Assembly (NCBI GenBank): GCA_902587295.1
Contig: CACIKS010000001.1
Location: forward strand, 53,664-117,663
Length of the DNA stretch: 64,000 nucleotides
Reading direction: 5' to 3'
Source of the DNA: an uncultured Pelagibacteraceae bacterium
GTDB lineage: Bacteria; Pseudomonadota; Alphaproteobacteria; Pelagibacterales; Pelagibacteraceae
In this document: positions 17,201-26,865 of the stretch, piece by piece
Position numbering within the stretch: the stretch's first letter is position 1
How the letters are laid out: each line of letters begins with the position of its first letter
Position numbers and translations under genes: made by a program
The notes under the pieces: model-generated
Told to the model about the DNA's origin: nothing
Databases searched by the model: none
Seen by the model: the letters and a program-made list of their open reading frames with translations, nothing else

Positions 17201-18737
17201 ACCTCATCATGATATTTATTCTATAGAAGATTTGGCTCAATTAATTTACGATTTAAAACAAATAAATCCAAAGGCTAGAGTTGGTGTTAAATTAGTTGCT
17301 TCTACAGGTATTGGAACAATCGCAGCTGGAGTTGCAAAAGCTAAAGCGGATATAATTTTAATTTCCGGACATTCTGGCGGTACAGGAGCAAGTCCTCAAA
17401 CTAGTGTTAAATATGCAGGAGTTCCCTGGGAAATGGGATTAACAGAAGCAAATCAAATTTTGACACTAAATCAACTTCGACACAAAGTAACACTTAGAAC
17501 AGATGGTGGAATTAAAACTGGAAGAGATGTTGTAATAGCTGCAATGATGGGAGCAGAAGAATTTGGAATGGGCACATCATCACTAATTGCAATGGGATGT
17601 ATAATGGTAAGACAATGCCATTCAAATACTTGCCCAGTTGGAGTTTGTTCACAAGATGAGAAACTTAGAGCAAAGTTTTCTGGTACGCCAGAAAAAGTTG
17701 TTAATTTTTTTACTTTTGTAGCTATGGAGGTAAGAGAAATTTTGGCTTCATTAGGATTTAATTCTCTAAAAGATGTTATCGGTAGAACAGATTTACTTCA
17801 TCAAGTTAGCAGAGGCTCACCAAATCTAGATGATCTAGACCTCAACCCTTTATTAGTTAAAACTGATCCAGGAAATAATACAAGATATTCAGAGAGTCAT
17901 TTAATAAACCCTGTTCCCGACAATAACATTGATGAGAAAGTATGGAACAAAGTAAAAAATGATCTTAAACAAAATAAAAAAATTACACTAGATGCGTTTG
18001 TGAAAAATACAGATAGGGCAGTAGGAACAAAATTATCTCACTATATATTTAAGGAGTTTGGGGAAAGTTTCGCAAGTGAAGTCTTAAATATTACATTAAG
18101 TGGTTCTGCAGGCCAATCTTTGGGAGCTTTTTTATCAAAAAGTATAAAAATTAAATTATTTGGGGATGCAAATGATTATGTAGCCAAAGGATTATCTGGA
18201 GGAAAAGTTGTAGTAGTTCAATCAAAAGATAATAATTTTAAATCAAATGAAAATACAATAATAGGCAATACAGTATTATACGGAGCCACTTCAGGAAAAT
18301 TGTTTGCAGCAGGTAAAGCTGGAGAAAGATTTGCGGTAAGAAATTCAGGTGCAATTTCAGTAATAGAGGGCTGTGACGCAAATGGTTGTGAGTATATGAC
18401 AGGAGGAGAAGTGGTAATATTAGGGAAAATAGGAGATAATTTTGCTGCCGGAATGACAGGGGGAATGGCATTTATTTACGATCCTAAAGATATTTTTGAA
18501 AATTTTGTAAATTCTAAATCAGTTGTCTGGCAAAAAATTGAGACAAAATATTGGAAAGACAGATTAAAGGAAATTTTACAGGAATATAATTCGGAAACAT
18601 CCTCAAAAGTTTCCCAAAGTATTTTAGAAAATTTTTCAAAAGAGGTAGAAAATTTTAAACAAGTTTGTCCTTTAGAAATGTTGAACAAGTTACAAAACCC
18701 AATTACTTTGAAGAAAAAAGTTTTACAGACAGGATAA
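14238..18737 (+). CDS. gltB: Glutamate synthase large subunit
   Basis: 1499 aa. Ntn amidotransferase Cys in HDACGVG after a short propeptide, plus FMN/Fe-S and GXGXG domains. TTG start overlaps the gltD stop (TTGA), with GAGGAAAGG upstream. No in-frame ATG precedes the catalytic Cys. Confidence 0.95.
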   Translation: MKLYKKNKKLLEDNYSYDPSLEHDACGVGLITSLDTKKKREVVEYGIQSLKAVWHRGAVDADGKSGDGAGICIEIPKEFFLEKIKDTGHTHKGENQICVGMIFLPRTEYSEQEKSKTIIEQVLIENDFYIYGWRQVPVNPTVLGQTADSNRPEITQVMFKSNKLMERDDLERLLYESRKKILKITRGQQINDLYICSLSSRSIIYKGMFLAEALSDFYPDLNDKRFISRYAIFHQRFSTNTFPSWKLAQPFRSLAHNGEINTLKGNINWMKIHEQDMSSKLFKNVEDLKPVITPGNSDSAALDNVFELLIHSGKSIPLIKLMMMPDAWSKRNKILPKSHQQLFDVLNSTIEPWDGPAAICASDSKWAIAATDRNGLRPLRYSITTDKIFCAGSETGMVEIPEKKIIEKGRLGPGQLIAVNLKKGKIYKDKEIKDYLSKDYKQFNKQIIHLDKKITTEKEFANFSEEDLRRRQYLSGYSIEDLELILHPMVEDAKEATGSMGDDTPVAVLSNHYRPISHYFRQNFSQVTNPPIDSLRENNVMSLKTRFGNLGNILDFKNLTKENIYVLDSPILSNSQLKKFKSIFSEKVRVIDCTFSVNESLKERIEKIKGEAEVAVREGANHLVLSDRNISEERAVVPMILAVGAVHSNLVKLCIRGYASINVETSEAMDTHSFAVLIGVGATTINPYLAIDSIRQRFDKKLFGKLDFESCVIRFKRSINAGLLKIMSKMGISVLSSYRGGCNFEAVGLSRGLVADYFPGMVSRISGIGVSGIEKKIKELHSKAYQKNVVVLPIGGLYKYRKTGEDHQFQGNLIHLLQHSVGKNSYDLFKKYTNGIHKLNPTNLRDLLEFRSSNKSINIDEVEPVEKITPRFGSGSMSHGALSSEAHETLAIGMNRIKGASCSGEGGEDEKRFKVLENGDSANSKVKQVASARFGVTVKYLNNCKEIEIKIAQGAKPGEGGQLPGFKVTKEIARLRHSTPGVTLISPPPHHDIYSIEDLAQLIYDLKQINPKARVGVKLVASTGIGTIAAGVAKAKADIILISGHSGGTGASPQTSVKYAGVPWEMGLTEANQILTLNQLRHKVTLRTDGGIKTGRDVVIAAMMGAEEFGMGTSSLIAMGCIMVRQCHSNTCPVGVCSQDEKLRAKFSGTPEKVVNFFTFVAMEVREILASLGFNSLKDVIGRTDLLHQVSRGSPNLDDLDLNPLLVKTDPGNNTRYSESHLINPVPDNNIDEKVWNKVKNDLKQNKKITLDAFVKNTDRAVGTKLSHYIFKEFGESFASEVLNITLSGSAGQSLGAFLSKSIKIKLFGDANDYVAKGLSGGKVVVVQSKDNNFKSNENTIIGNTVLYGATSGKLFAAGKAGERFAVRNSGAISVIEGCDANGCEYMTGGEVVILGKIGDNFAAGMTGGMAFIYDPKDIFENFVNSKSVVWQKIETKYWKDRLKEILQEYNSETSSKVSQSILENFSKEVENFKQVCPLEMLNKLQNPITLKKKVLQTG

Positions 18738-18740
18738 TGT

Positions 18741-19730
18741 ATGAAAATATTAATCACAGGTGGGTGTGGATTTATTGGATCAAATCTTGCAGTTTTTTTA
18801 AATGAAAAAATTAGAAATGCTAAAATTATAAGCGTAGATAATTTGTCTCGAAAAGGTTCAATTTTGAATTTCAAGAGACTTTCTAAAAATAAAATTAAAA
18901 ATTTTAAACTTGATATTTCAAAAATAAATAAGTTTCCAAAGTTTGATTTAGTTGTACATTGTGCGGCAGAACCTGCGATAGAAGTTTCTAGAAAAAAAAT
19001 AGATGAAGTTTTTAATTCAAACCTCATTGGTACCTTCAATGTTCTTAAAGAATGCGCAAAAAGAAAAGCAGATATAATTTATTTATCAAGCTCAAGAGTT
19101 TATGCAATTGAAAATTTATATAATTTAAAAAAAAAAGGATCTGTGAAAGAAAATTTTAATGTAGAAAATTTTAAATCTATTTATGGTTTTACAAAGTTAA
19201 GCTCTGAACTTTTAATAAAAGAATTTTCACACCTAAATAAAATAAAATACTTAATAAATAGAGTTGCTTTAGTTTCTGGACCTTGGCAATTTGGAAAAGA
19301 AGAACAAGGATTTGTAAGTTTATGGGTCTGGAAGCATTTAAACCTTTTAAAACTAAAATATATTGGATTTGGTGGAACTGGCAAACAAGTTAGAGACGTT
19401 CTACATATACTGGATTTATGTGAATTGGTTTTGTTACAAATAAAGAAAATAAAAAAAATTCACAATAAGCTCCTAAATGTTGGAGGAGGTAGTAAAAATT
19501 CATTAAATTTAATTCAACTCACAAAATTATCATCAAATATAACAAGAAATAAAATGAGAATAGGATCTATTAAAAAAACCTCCTCCTATGATATTCCATA
19601 TTTCGTTTCAAACATAGATTATGTTAAAAAGCTTTATAAATGGAGTCCGAAAAGAGATCTCAAAAAAATTATAGCTGACCTTCATTTTTGGATGAAATCA
19701 AACCATTCTATTTTGAAAAAATACTTTTAA
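18741..19730 (+). CDS. Extended-SDR NAD-dependent epimerase/dehydratase
   Basis: ITGGCGFIGSNL, catalytic YGFTK, and GKQVRDVLH. It starts 4 nt after gltB. Confidence 0.85.
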   Translation: MKILITGGCGFIGSNLAVFLNEKIRNAKIISVDNLSRKGSILNFKRLSKNKIKNFKLDISKINKFPKFDLVVHCAAEPAIEVSRKKIDEVFNSNLIGTFNVLKECAKRKADIIYLSSSRVYAIENLYNLKKKGSVKENFNVENFKSIYGFTKLSSELLIKEFSHLNKIKYLINRVALVSGPWQFGKEEQGFVSLWVWKHLNLLKLKYIGFGGTGKQVRDVLHILDLCELVLLQIKKIKKIHNKLLNVGGGSKNSLNLIQLTKLSSNITRNKMRIGSIKKTSSYDIPYFVSNIDYVKKLYKWSPKRDLKKIIADLHFWMKSNHSILKKYF

Positions 19731-20490
19731 TAATTTTGTCCAATTCTGAGGTAATTCTTTTAAGATTTTTTTTGCTAGAAAGACTATGATCACCATTTTT
19801 AATTACCATTATTTTTTTTTTAGCTTTTGGAAATAAAGTTAAAATTTTTCTTGAAAATGATACTGGCACTACCTCATCTTTTTGGCCGTGAAACATTGTT
19901 ACATTTATTTTAAGATCTATCTTTTTTGAAAAAACTTTATTTTTTCTTCCATCTTTTATTAATTGATAAGTTACAGGATATTCATATTGTTTTTGTTTAA
20001 ATTTTGAATCTCTATGCTTAATTATACTTAAACCCTTCTCCTTTATTTCTTTCTTTATTTTTTTTGGAAATTTATTCCACATTAACCTTTCTAAAAATTC
20101 TGGGGCAGAGCCAATACCAACGAAACCCTGAATTTGTTTTTTAAAAAATTTAAACTGATTCAATGAAATCCAAGCACCCATACTTGAACCAATCAAAATA
20201 AAACTATTTTTTTTAACAATCTTTTTTATTAATCTTTTAGCATCATTGGACCACTCACTTATATTTCCTTTGGTAAAAATTCCGGATGATTTACCGTGTC
20301 CAGAATATTCTATCGCTAAAAATCCTAATTTATTTTTCTTTGCAAATTTTCTGAATGCAGCAGGCTTTTTCCCATTAATGTCTGACATAAAGCCAGGTAG
20401 AAAAATTATGTATAGTTTTTTTTTGTAATAATTGACTAAATATCTTAGTTTTTTTGTTCTTGATATTTTTAGATATCTAAATTTTTTCAT
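19708..20490 (-). CDS. Alpha/beta-fold hydrolase
   Basis: Nucleophile elbow GSSMG, and a HG oxyanion-like motif in EYSGHGKS. There is a 23-nt convergent overlap with the epimerase gene. Confidence 0.8.
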   Translation of the reverse strand: MKKFRYLKISRTKKLRYLVNYYKKKLYIIFLPGFMSDINGKKPAAFRKFAKKNKLGFLAIEYSGHGKSSGIFTKGNISEWSNDAKRLIKKIVKKNSFILIGSSMGAWISLNQFKFFKKQIQGFVGIGSAPEFLERLMWNKFPKKIKKEIKEKGLSIIKHRDSKFKQKQYEYPVTYQLIKDGRKNKVFSKKIDLKINVTMFHGQKDEVVPVSFSRKILTLFPKAKKKIMVIKNGDHSLSSKKNLKRITSELDKIIKSIFSK

Positions 20491-20563
20491 ATAAATTAAA
20501 TGTAACTAATCTGATACTATATTATTTTGTGATTTAATTTAAATAAATGTTAAATTCATCTAT

Positions 20564-21535
20564 ATGAATATTCTTCTAACTGGTGGCGCAGGTTATATCG
20601 GAAGCCATACCGCTCTTTCGTTAATTGAAAATGGTCATATGGTAACTGTAATAGATAATTTAATTACAGGGACAAAAAGATTAATTCCACCTAAAGCAAA
20701 ATATTATAATTGTGATATTGCAGACAGTAGTTCAATCAAAAAAATTTTAAAAGAAAATAAATTTGACGTTGTTATGCATTTTGCAGGGTTAACTAAAGTA
20801 GACGAGTCCGTCAATAATCCAGATAAGTATAATGATTATAATTTTGAGAAGTCAAAATCTTTTTTTAATTGCTGTTTTGAAAATAATTTAAAAAAAATTA
20901 TATTCTCCTCAACTGCAGGAGTTTACGGAGATAGTTCGAGTCAATACGTAAAAGAAACTGATGAAATCAAACCGATGAATCCTTATGCTGTTTCAAAATC
21001 TAAAGTAGAAAACTTTTTAATAAAAAAATCAAAAAGTGAAAAAATAAATTACATTGTATTGAGATATTTTAATGTTGCAGGAGCTGACGAGGATAAAAGA
21101 TCAGGATTAATTTCTAAATCATCAACTAATTTGATAAAAGTAATTTGTGAACTAGCTACAAAAAAAAGAAAAAAAATGACAATCAACGGCAACGATTATC
21201 AAACTAAAGATGGTACAGCTATAAGAGATTTTATCCACGTTCGTGATATAGCAGATATTCATATAGTAGCAGCAAATTCTTTTTTCAAAAACTTTTCATC
21301 AGAGATTTATAACTGCGGTTATGGACAAGGTTATTCAGTGAAAGAGGTAATTAATGAAATGGAAAATATTATTCGAAGTAAATTAGAAGTAGAAATAGGA
21401 CCGAGAAGAGAAAAAGATATAGCAATTTCAGTTGCAAATAGCGATAAGTTTAAAAAAAAATTCAATTGGAAACCAAAATTTAATAATTTAAATTATATTT
21501 TGAAGACCGCATTAGAGTGGGAAAAAATTAATTAA
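20564..21535 (+). CDS. galE: UDP-glucose 4-epimerase
   Basis: LTGGAGYIGSH, catalytic PYAVSK, RYFNVAGA, and IRDFIHVRD. Confidence 0.85.
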   Translation: MNILLTGGAGYIGSHTALSLIENGHMVTVIDNLITGTKRLIPPKAKYYNCDIADSSSIKKILKENKFDVVMHFAGLTKVDESVNNPDKYNDYNFEKSKSFFNCCFENNLKKIIFSSTAGVYGDSSSQYVKETDEIKPMNPYAVSKSKVENFLIKKSKSEKINYIVLRYFNVAGADEDKRSGLISKSSTNLIKVICELATKKRKKMTINGNDYQTKDGTAIRDFIHVRDIADIHIVAANSFFKNFSSEIYNCGYGQGYSVKEVINEMENIIRSKLEVEIGPRREKDIAISVANSDKFKKKFNWKPKFNNLNYILKTALEWEKIN

Positions 21536-22683
21536 TGAGTTTTAAAATATTACAAGTTATTCCAAAGTTGGGTTATGGCGGAGCAGAAACCGGCTGTTAT
21601 GATATTGCTCATTATCTGGCAGAAAAAAATTGTAAATCCTATATTATTACAAGTGGGGGTCCACTTTTAAAATTTATTAAGAAAAATAAAGTAAAAATTA
21701 TTAGACTTCCAGTGCACTCAAAAAATCCAATACTAATGTTTTTAAATACAATTCTTATAACATTTATTATAATTTTTTTAAGGATTGATATTGTACACGC
21801 ACGCAGTAGAGCACCGGCTTGGTCATGTTTGATATCTTGTAAATTAACAAGAACAAAATTTGTTACAACTTTTCACGGAATATACAATTTCTCAAACAAC
21901 TTAAAAAAATTTTATAACTCAGTTATGGTCAGATCAAATTTAATAATAGCTGGATCCAATTATGTTTTTGATCATATACATAAAAATTACGGAAGTTTAA
22001 TTAACAGAACTAAAAGACTTTTAGTAATTTTCAGAGGAATAAACACAGAGTATTTTGATAACTCAAATATAACTAATGAAAAAGTTCAAAATCTCAATTC
22101 ACTTTTAAATTTAAATACAGAAAAAATTAAAATATTGTTACCTGGCAGGTTGACCAGATGGAAAGGCCAAGAATTATTTATTGAGTCTCTAAATTTATTA
22201 AAAACTAGTTATAACAAGAATAATTTTCAAGTAATTGTGCTTGGTTCTCATCAAGGCAGGAAAGTTTATTATAAAAAATTGCTATCATTGGTTGATAAGC
22301 TTAATCTCAAAAGAGATGTTTTTTTTCTGCAACATTTTAAGGAAATGCCAGTAGTTTATTATGTTTCAGATATAGTTGTATCTTCCTCAATAGAGCCGGA
22401 AGCATTTGGCAGAGTATCAGTCGAAGCACAAGCAATGAGAAGACCAATTTTAGCGAGTAACCATGGAGGATCTATTGAAACGGTAATCGATGGTAAAACT
22501 GGATTTCTTTTTAAGAATAATAATCCTAATTCCCTAGCAGAAAATTTGAATAAATTAATGGAAATGGATAAAGACAAGTTGCAATCAATTGGAAATGAAG
22601 GTAGGAAAAATGTATTAAAGAAATTTGATGTAGAAAAAATGTGTGATTCGACATTTTCAGAATATAAAAAATTAATAAAATAG
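21535..22683 (+). CDS. Glycosyltransferase family 4 (GT-B)
   Basis: C-terminal E-x7-E region SSIEPEAFGRVSVEAQAMRRPILASNHGGSIETV. It overlaps galE by 1 nt. Confidence 0.85.
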   Translation: MSFKILQVIPKLGYGGAETGCYDIAHYLAEKNCKSYIITSGGPLLKFIKKNKVKIIRLPVHSKNPILMFLNTILITFIIIFLRIDIVHARSRAPAWSCLISCKLTRTKFVTTFHGIYNFSNNLKKFYNSVMVRSNLIIAGSNYVFDHIHKNYGSLINRTKRLLVIFRGINTEYFDNSNITNEKVQNLNSLLNLNTEKIKILLPGRLTRWKGQELFIESLNLLKTSYNKNNFQVIVLGSHQGRKVYYKKLLSLVDKLNLKRDVFFLQHFKEMPVVYYVSDIVVSSSIEPEAFGRVSVEAQAMRRPILASNHGGSIETVIDGKTGFLFKNNNPNSLAENLNKLMEMDKDKLQSIGNEGRKNVLKKFDVEKMCDSTFSEYKKLIK

Positions 22684-24603
22684 ATGCCAAATATTACTTT
22701 GCCAGATGGAAAAAAACTAAGTTTCAAAAATAATGTGACAGGAGTTGAAATTGCAGAAAAAATAAGTAAATCTTTATCGAAAAAAGCGCTTATAATAAGT
22801 GTAGATGGAGAATTAAAAGATTTAAGTTTTTCGATTCAAAAAGATTCCTCTGTAAAAATAATTACGCATAAAGACAAAGAAGGTCTAGACGTGATAAGAC
22901 ACGATGCTGCACATATTATGGCAATGGCAGTACAAGAATTATTCCCAGGAACCCAAGTTACTATTGGCCCAGTAATTGAAAATGGTTTTTATTATGATTT
23001 TGCTAGAAAAGAACCATTTACTAAAGATGATTTAAATAAAATAGAGAACAAAATGTCTGAAATAATTGATCGAGATGTAAAAACAAGAAGGGAAGTTTGG
23101 GAAAGAAGTAAGGCTATATCGCATTTCAAAAAGATAGGAGAAAAGTATAAAGCAGAAATAATTGAAACAATTCCAAAAAATGAGGAACTTTCAGTGTATC
23201 ATCATGGAGATACTTGGTACGATTTATGCAGGGGACCACATTTAACTTCCTCAAGCAAAATTGGAAAAGCTTTTAAATTAACAAAAGTCTCAGGCGCATA
23301 TTGGAGAGGTGACTCAAATAACGAAATGTTACAAAGAATTTATGGAACATGTTGGAGTTCTAAAAAAGAATTAGATGATTACTTAAATAGATTAGAAGAG
23401 GCTGAAAAAAGAGATCATAGAAAGTTAGGAAAAGAAATGGATTTATTTCATTTCAGAGAAGAAAGTCCTGGCTCAGTTTTTTGGCATGAAAAAGGGTGGA
23501 ATTTATTTCAAAGGTTAATTGAATATATGAGATTAAAACAAAGAAATGCAGGATATAGGGAAATTAATACACCAGAATTATTAGACAAGAGTCTTTGGGA
23601 AAAATCAGGACATTGGGATAAATTTGGTGATCTAATGTTTACATCCGAAACACCAGACGAAAAAGTTTTCGCTGTAAAACCAATGAACTGTCCAGGATGT
23701 GTACAAGTATTTAATCAAGGACTTAAAAGTTATAGAGATTTGCCATTAAAACTTTCAGAATTTGGAAAAGTTCACAGATATGAACCTTCAGGAGCACTTC
23801 ATGGACTTCTAAGAGTCAGGGCATTCACACAAGATGATGCCCATATATTTTGTACAGAGAGTCAAATTACAGATGAATGTATTAGTGTTACCAAATTAAT
23901 TTTAGATATTTACAAAGACTTAGGTTTTAAAAAAGTTTTTTTAAAATATTCTGATAGACCAGAAAAAAGAGTTGGAAGTGATAAAATATGGGATAAATCT
24001 GAAAAAGCTTTAATTACCGCTGTTAAGAAAACTAAATTAGACTATAGCATAAATAAAGGTGAAGGCGCCTTTTACGGACCAAAGATTGAGTTTGTTTTAA
24101 GAGATGCAATAGGTAGAGATTGGCAGTGCGGTACACTCCAAGTCGATTTAAACTTACCTGAAAGATTAGGTGCAACTTTTGTAGATAAAGATGGAACAAA
24201 AAAAGCACCAGTTATGTTACATAGAGCTCTTTTTGGTTCTCTGGAAAGATTTATAGGAATTTTAATTGAGAATTATGCTGGAAAACTTCCATTCTGGCTT
24301 TCACCATCACAAGTTGTTGTGTTACCGATTGCAGATGAACACAACGAATATGTAAAAAAAATATTTGAAGAACTCTTTAAAGAAGGTATAAAATGCGAAG
24401 TGGATTTAAGAAATCAAAAAATTAATTATAAGATCAGAGAGCATTCTTTATCAAAGGTTCCAATTTTGTTAATTTGTGGAAGCAAAGAAGTATCTAGCAA
24501 GAGCGTAACAATTAGAAAACTTGGATCAGAAAAACAAGAGACAATTAAATTCAATAAAGCCTTACAAAATATTAAATTATTAAACAATCTTCCCATTAAA
24601 TAA
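22684..24603 (+). CDS. thrS: Threonine--tRNA ligase
   Basis: TGS domain, editing domain, class II core (FRDLPLK-like YRDLPLKLSEFGKVHRYE) and anticodon-binding domain. Confidence 0.97.
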   Translation: MPNITLPDGKKLSFKNNVTGVEIAEKISKSLSKKALIISVDGELKDLSFSIQKDSSVKIITHKDKEGLDVIRHDAAHIMAMAVQELFPGTQVTIGPVIENGFYYDFARKEPFTKDDLNKIENKMSEIIDRDVKTRREVWERSKAISHFKKIGEKYKAEIIETIPKNEELSVYHHGDTWYDLCRGPHLTSSSKIGKAFKLTKVSGAYWRGDSNNEMLQRIYGTCWSSKKELDDYLNRLEEAEKRDHRKLGKEMDLFHFREESPGSVFWHEKGWNLFQRLIEYMRLKQRNAGYREINTPELLDKSLWEKSGHWDKFGDLMFTSETPDEKVFAVKPMNCPGCVQVFNQGLKSYRDLPLKLSEFGKVHRYEPSGALHGLLRVRAFTQDDAHIFCTESQITDECISVTKLILDIYKDLGFKKVFLKYSDRPEKRVGSDKIWDKSEKALITAVKKTKLDYSINKGEGAFYGPKIEFVLRDAIGRDWQCGTLQVDLNLPERLGATFVDKDGTKKAPVMLHRALFGSLERFIGILIENYAGKLPFWLSPSQVVVLPIADEHNEYVKKIFEELFKEGIKCEVDLRNQKINYKIREHSLSKVPILLICGSKEVSSKSVTIRKLGSEKQETIKFNKALQNIKLLNNLPIK

Positions 24604-25149
24604 GTGTATCAAAATAAAAAAAATTACTTCCATAAAAGAACTAAATTTCAAGGTCCTAAAATAAATGAAAGGATTAGAAGTTTAGATGTCCAAGTTATTA
24701 ATAGCAGCGGAGAAAATCTTGGAATTTTACCAATTAAAAAAGCTATTGGTATTGCAAAAGAAGAAGGTTTAGACCTCATCGAAATATCTCCGAACGCAAA
24801 TCCCCCGGTATGTAAAGTTATGGATATAGGTAAGTATAAATATGATATGCAAAAAAAAGCGAATAAGGCAAAAAAAAATCAAAGAATATCTGTTTTAAAA
24901 GAATTAAAGTTAAGACCAGGTACTGAAATTCACGATTATAATTTTAAAATAAAAAATGCAAAAAAATTTTTAACAAAAGGCGATAAAGTAAAATTTACAG
25001 TGAAATTTAAAGGTAGAGAAATGCAACATGTCCAACTCGGAAAGGATTTAATGCAAAGAATTATAGCCGACACCAAAGATTTGGGTCAAGTAGAGGTAAG
25101 CCCAAAATTTGAGGGCAGGCAAATGATAATGATAATTCAGCCTAATTAA
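24604..25149 (+). CDS. infC: Translation initiation factor IF-3
   Basis: INERIRSLDVQVINSSGENLG...LDLIEISPNANPPVCKVMD. GTG start directly abuts the thrS TAA. There is no in-frame ATG until inside the N-domain. Confidence 0.93.
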   Translation: MYQNKKNYFHKRTKFQGPKINERIRSLDVQVINSSGENLGILPIKKAIGIAKEEGLDLIEISPNANPPVCKVMDIGKYKYDMQKKANKAKKNQRISVLKELKLRPGTEIHDYNFKIKNAKKFLTKGDKVKFTVKFKGREMQHVQLGKDLMQRIIADTKDLGQVEVSPKFEGRQMIMIIQPN

Positions 25150-25203
25150 GCTTAACAAAAAAATCTTGCTAAAAAAAAATAATATCTGTATAAAACTCTA
25201 GCC

Positions 25204-25410
25204 ATGCCAAAATTAAAAACAAAAAGCTCAGCAAAAAAAAGATTTAGAATGACTAAGTCAGGAAAAATCAAAATGCCTCAAGCAGGAAAAAGACATGGAA
25301 TGATAAAAAGAACAAACTCGCAAATAAGAAAACAAAGAGGATCAACTATTATGTCAAAACCTGATTCCAAAATAGTTAAATCTTATATGCCATATAATTT
25401 AAGAGGATAA
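25204..25410 (+). CDS. rpmI: 50S ribosomal protein L35
   Basis: [14 protein letters not shown]... is the canonical L35 N-terminus. Confidence 0.95.
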   Translation: MPKLKTKSSAKKRFRMTKSGKIKMPQAGKRHGMIKRTNSQIRKQRGSTIMSKPDSKIVKSYMPYNLRG

Positions 25411-25411
25411 T

Positions 25412-25768
25412 ATGTCTAGAACAAAAAGAGGTGTTACAAGTAGAGCGAGGCATAAAAAAGTTTTAAAAGCTGTTAAAGGTCAATGGGGCAGACGGAAAAA
25501 TACTATTCGTATTGCTCGACAAGCTATGGAAAAAGCATTGCAGTATGCTTACCGTGATAGAAGAGCTAAAAAGAGAGAATTTAGGTCTTTATGGATACAA
25601 AGAATAAATGCTGGAGTCAGAGAAGAAGGTCTAACTTATTCAAAATTTATTAATGGTCTAAATAAGTCTAAAATCAAATTAGACCGAAAAGTTTTAGCTG
25701 ATTTAGCGTATAATAATCCAGAAGCTTTCAAATCGCTTGTAAAAAAAGTTCAGTTATCAATAAAATAA
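25412..25768 (+). CDS. rplT: 50S ribosomal protein L20
   Basis: [19 protein letters not shown]... is the canonical L20 sequence. Confidence 0.95.
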   Translation: MSRTKRGVTSRARHKKVLKAVKGQWGRRKNTIRIARQAMEKALQYAYRDRRAKKREFRSLWIQRINAGVREEGLTYSKFINGLNKSKIKLDRKVLADLAYNNPEAFKSLVKKVQLSIK

Positions 25769-25809
25769 ACTTGTTTTTTCTTTCACAAAGTTAGAGTAAA
25801 AACTAAGTA

Positions 25810-26865
25810 ATGGCAGATTTACGTGAATTAATTCAAAAAGTATTACAAGCTAAAGATAAGTCTGAACTTCAAAATATTAAAAGTGAGTCTTTAGGCAAAA
25901 ATAGTCAGATTAATCAAGAGTTCAAAAAACTTGGCTCTTTATCTGAGGATCAAAGAAAAGTAAGAGCCGCATCTCTTAATAATGAAAAACAAAAAATCAC
26001 TGAAGCTATAAATAGTAGATTTAAAGAATTAGAAAAATTAGAAATAAATATAAAACTCCAAAAAGATAAAGTTGATGTTACGCTGCCCGCTAGAGAGCGA
26101 ACGAATGGTAAAATCCATCCAGTTTCACAAGTTATAGATGAAATTTCTTCCATATTTTCTGAGATAGGTTTTTCAGTTGCTGATGGCCCAGATGTAGAAA
26201 CTGAATATAATAATTTTACAGCTCTAAATACTCCCGAGCATCATCCAGCCAGAGATATGCATGATACTTTTTATTTAGATGATAATCAAAAAATTCTTTT
26301 AAGAACCCATACATCACCAGTTCAAATTAGAACAATGTTAGGCAGCAAGCCACCATTTAAAATTATTGTACCAGGAAGAACCTATCGTTGTGATAGTGAT
26401 CAAACACACTCTCCTATGTTCCATCAACTTGAAGGGCTTCACATCGATAAAGATATAACTATGGGTCATTTAAAAGGATGTCTTGATTATTTCGTTAAAG
26501 AATTTTTTGAAGTCAAAAAACTTCAAATGAGATTTAGACCAAGTCATTTTCCATTTACAGAGCCCTCTGCAGAAGTTGATATTGGTTATAGATTAGAAAA
26601 CGGTAGAATTATTGTAGGCGAGGGTGATAAGTGGCTTGAGATATTAGGTTGTGGAATGGTACATCCAAACGTTTTAAAAAATGCAAAAGTTGATTCAAAA
26701 AAATTCCAAGGTTTTGCATTTGGAATGGGAATAGATAGACTTGCAATGTTAAAATATGGAATTAATGATCTTAGATCTTTTTTTGAGGCAGATTTTAGAT
26801 GGTTAAATCATTTTGGTTTTGATCCTTTAGACGTTCCAACAAATTATAGAGGTTTAAGCAGATGA
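25810..26865 (+). CDS. pheS: Phenylalanine--tRNA ligase alpha subunit
   Basis: [21 protein letters not shown], and [11 protein letters not shown]. Confidence 0.97.
   Translation: MADLRELIQKVLQAKDKSELQNIKSESLGKNSQINQEFKKLGSLSEDQRKVRAASLNNEKQKITEAINSRFKELEKLEINIKLQKDKVDVTLPARERTNGKIHPVSQVIDEISSIFSEIGFSVADGPDVETEYNNFTALNTPEHHPARDMHDTFYLDDNQKILLRTHTSPVQIRTMLGSKPPFKIIVPGRTYRCDSDQTHSPMFHQLEGLHIDKDITMGHLKGCLDYFVKEFFEVKKLQMRFRPSHFPFTEPSAEVDIGYRLENGRIIVGEGDKWLEILGCGMVHPNVLKNAKVDSKKFQGFAFGMGIDRLAMLKYGINDLRSFFEADFRWLNHFGFDPLDVPTNYRGLSR

Noticed and set aside
18476-19039. 187-aa minus-strand ORF spanning the gltB end and the epimerase start
   Set aside because: It is entirely antisense to two well-supported genes. 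Its F/L/I/S-rich composition is typical of the shadow frame of K/E/N-rich AT-rich coding DNA. It contains no motif.
20493-20545. 9-bp inverted repeat AAATTAAAT / ATTTAATTT in the hydrolase/galE divergent region
   Set aside because: It is pure A/T sequence with a long spacer, indistinguishable from background.
25166-25194. TTGCTA-17 nt-TATAAA promoter-like hexamers between infC and rpmI
   Set aside because: The match is good, but the -10 element ends only 9 nt before the rpmI ATG. That would imply an almost leaderless mRNA with no room for the L20 operator. Chance matches are frequent in A/T-rich spacers, so I did not call it.
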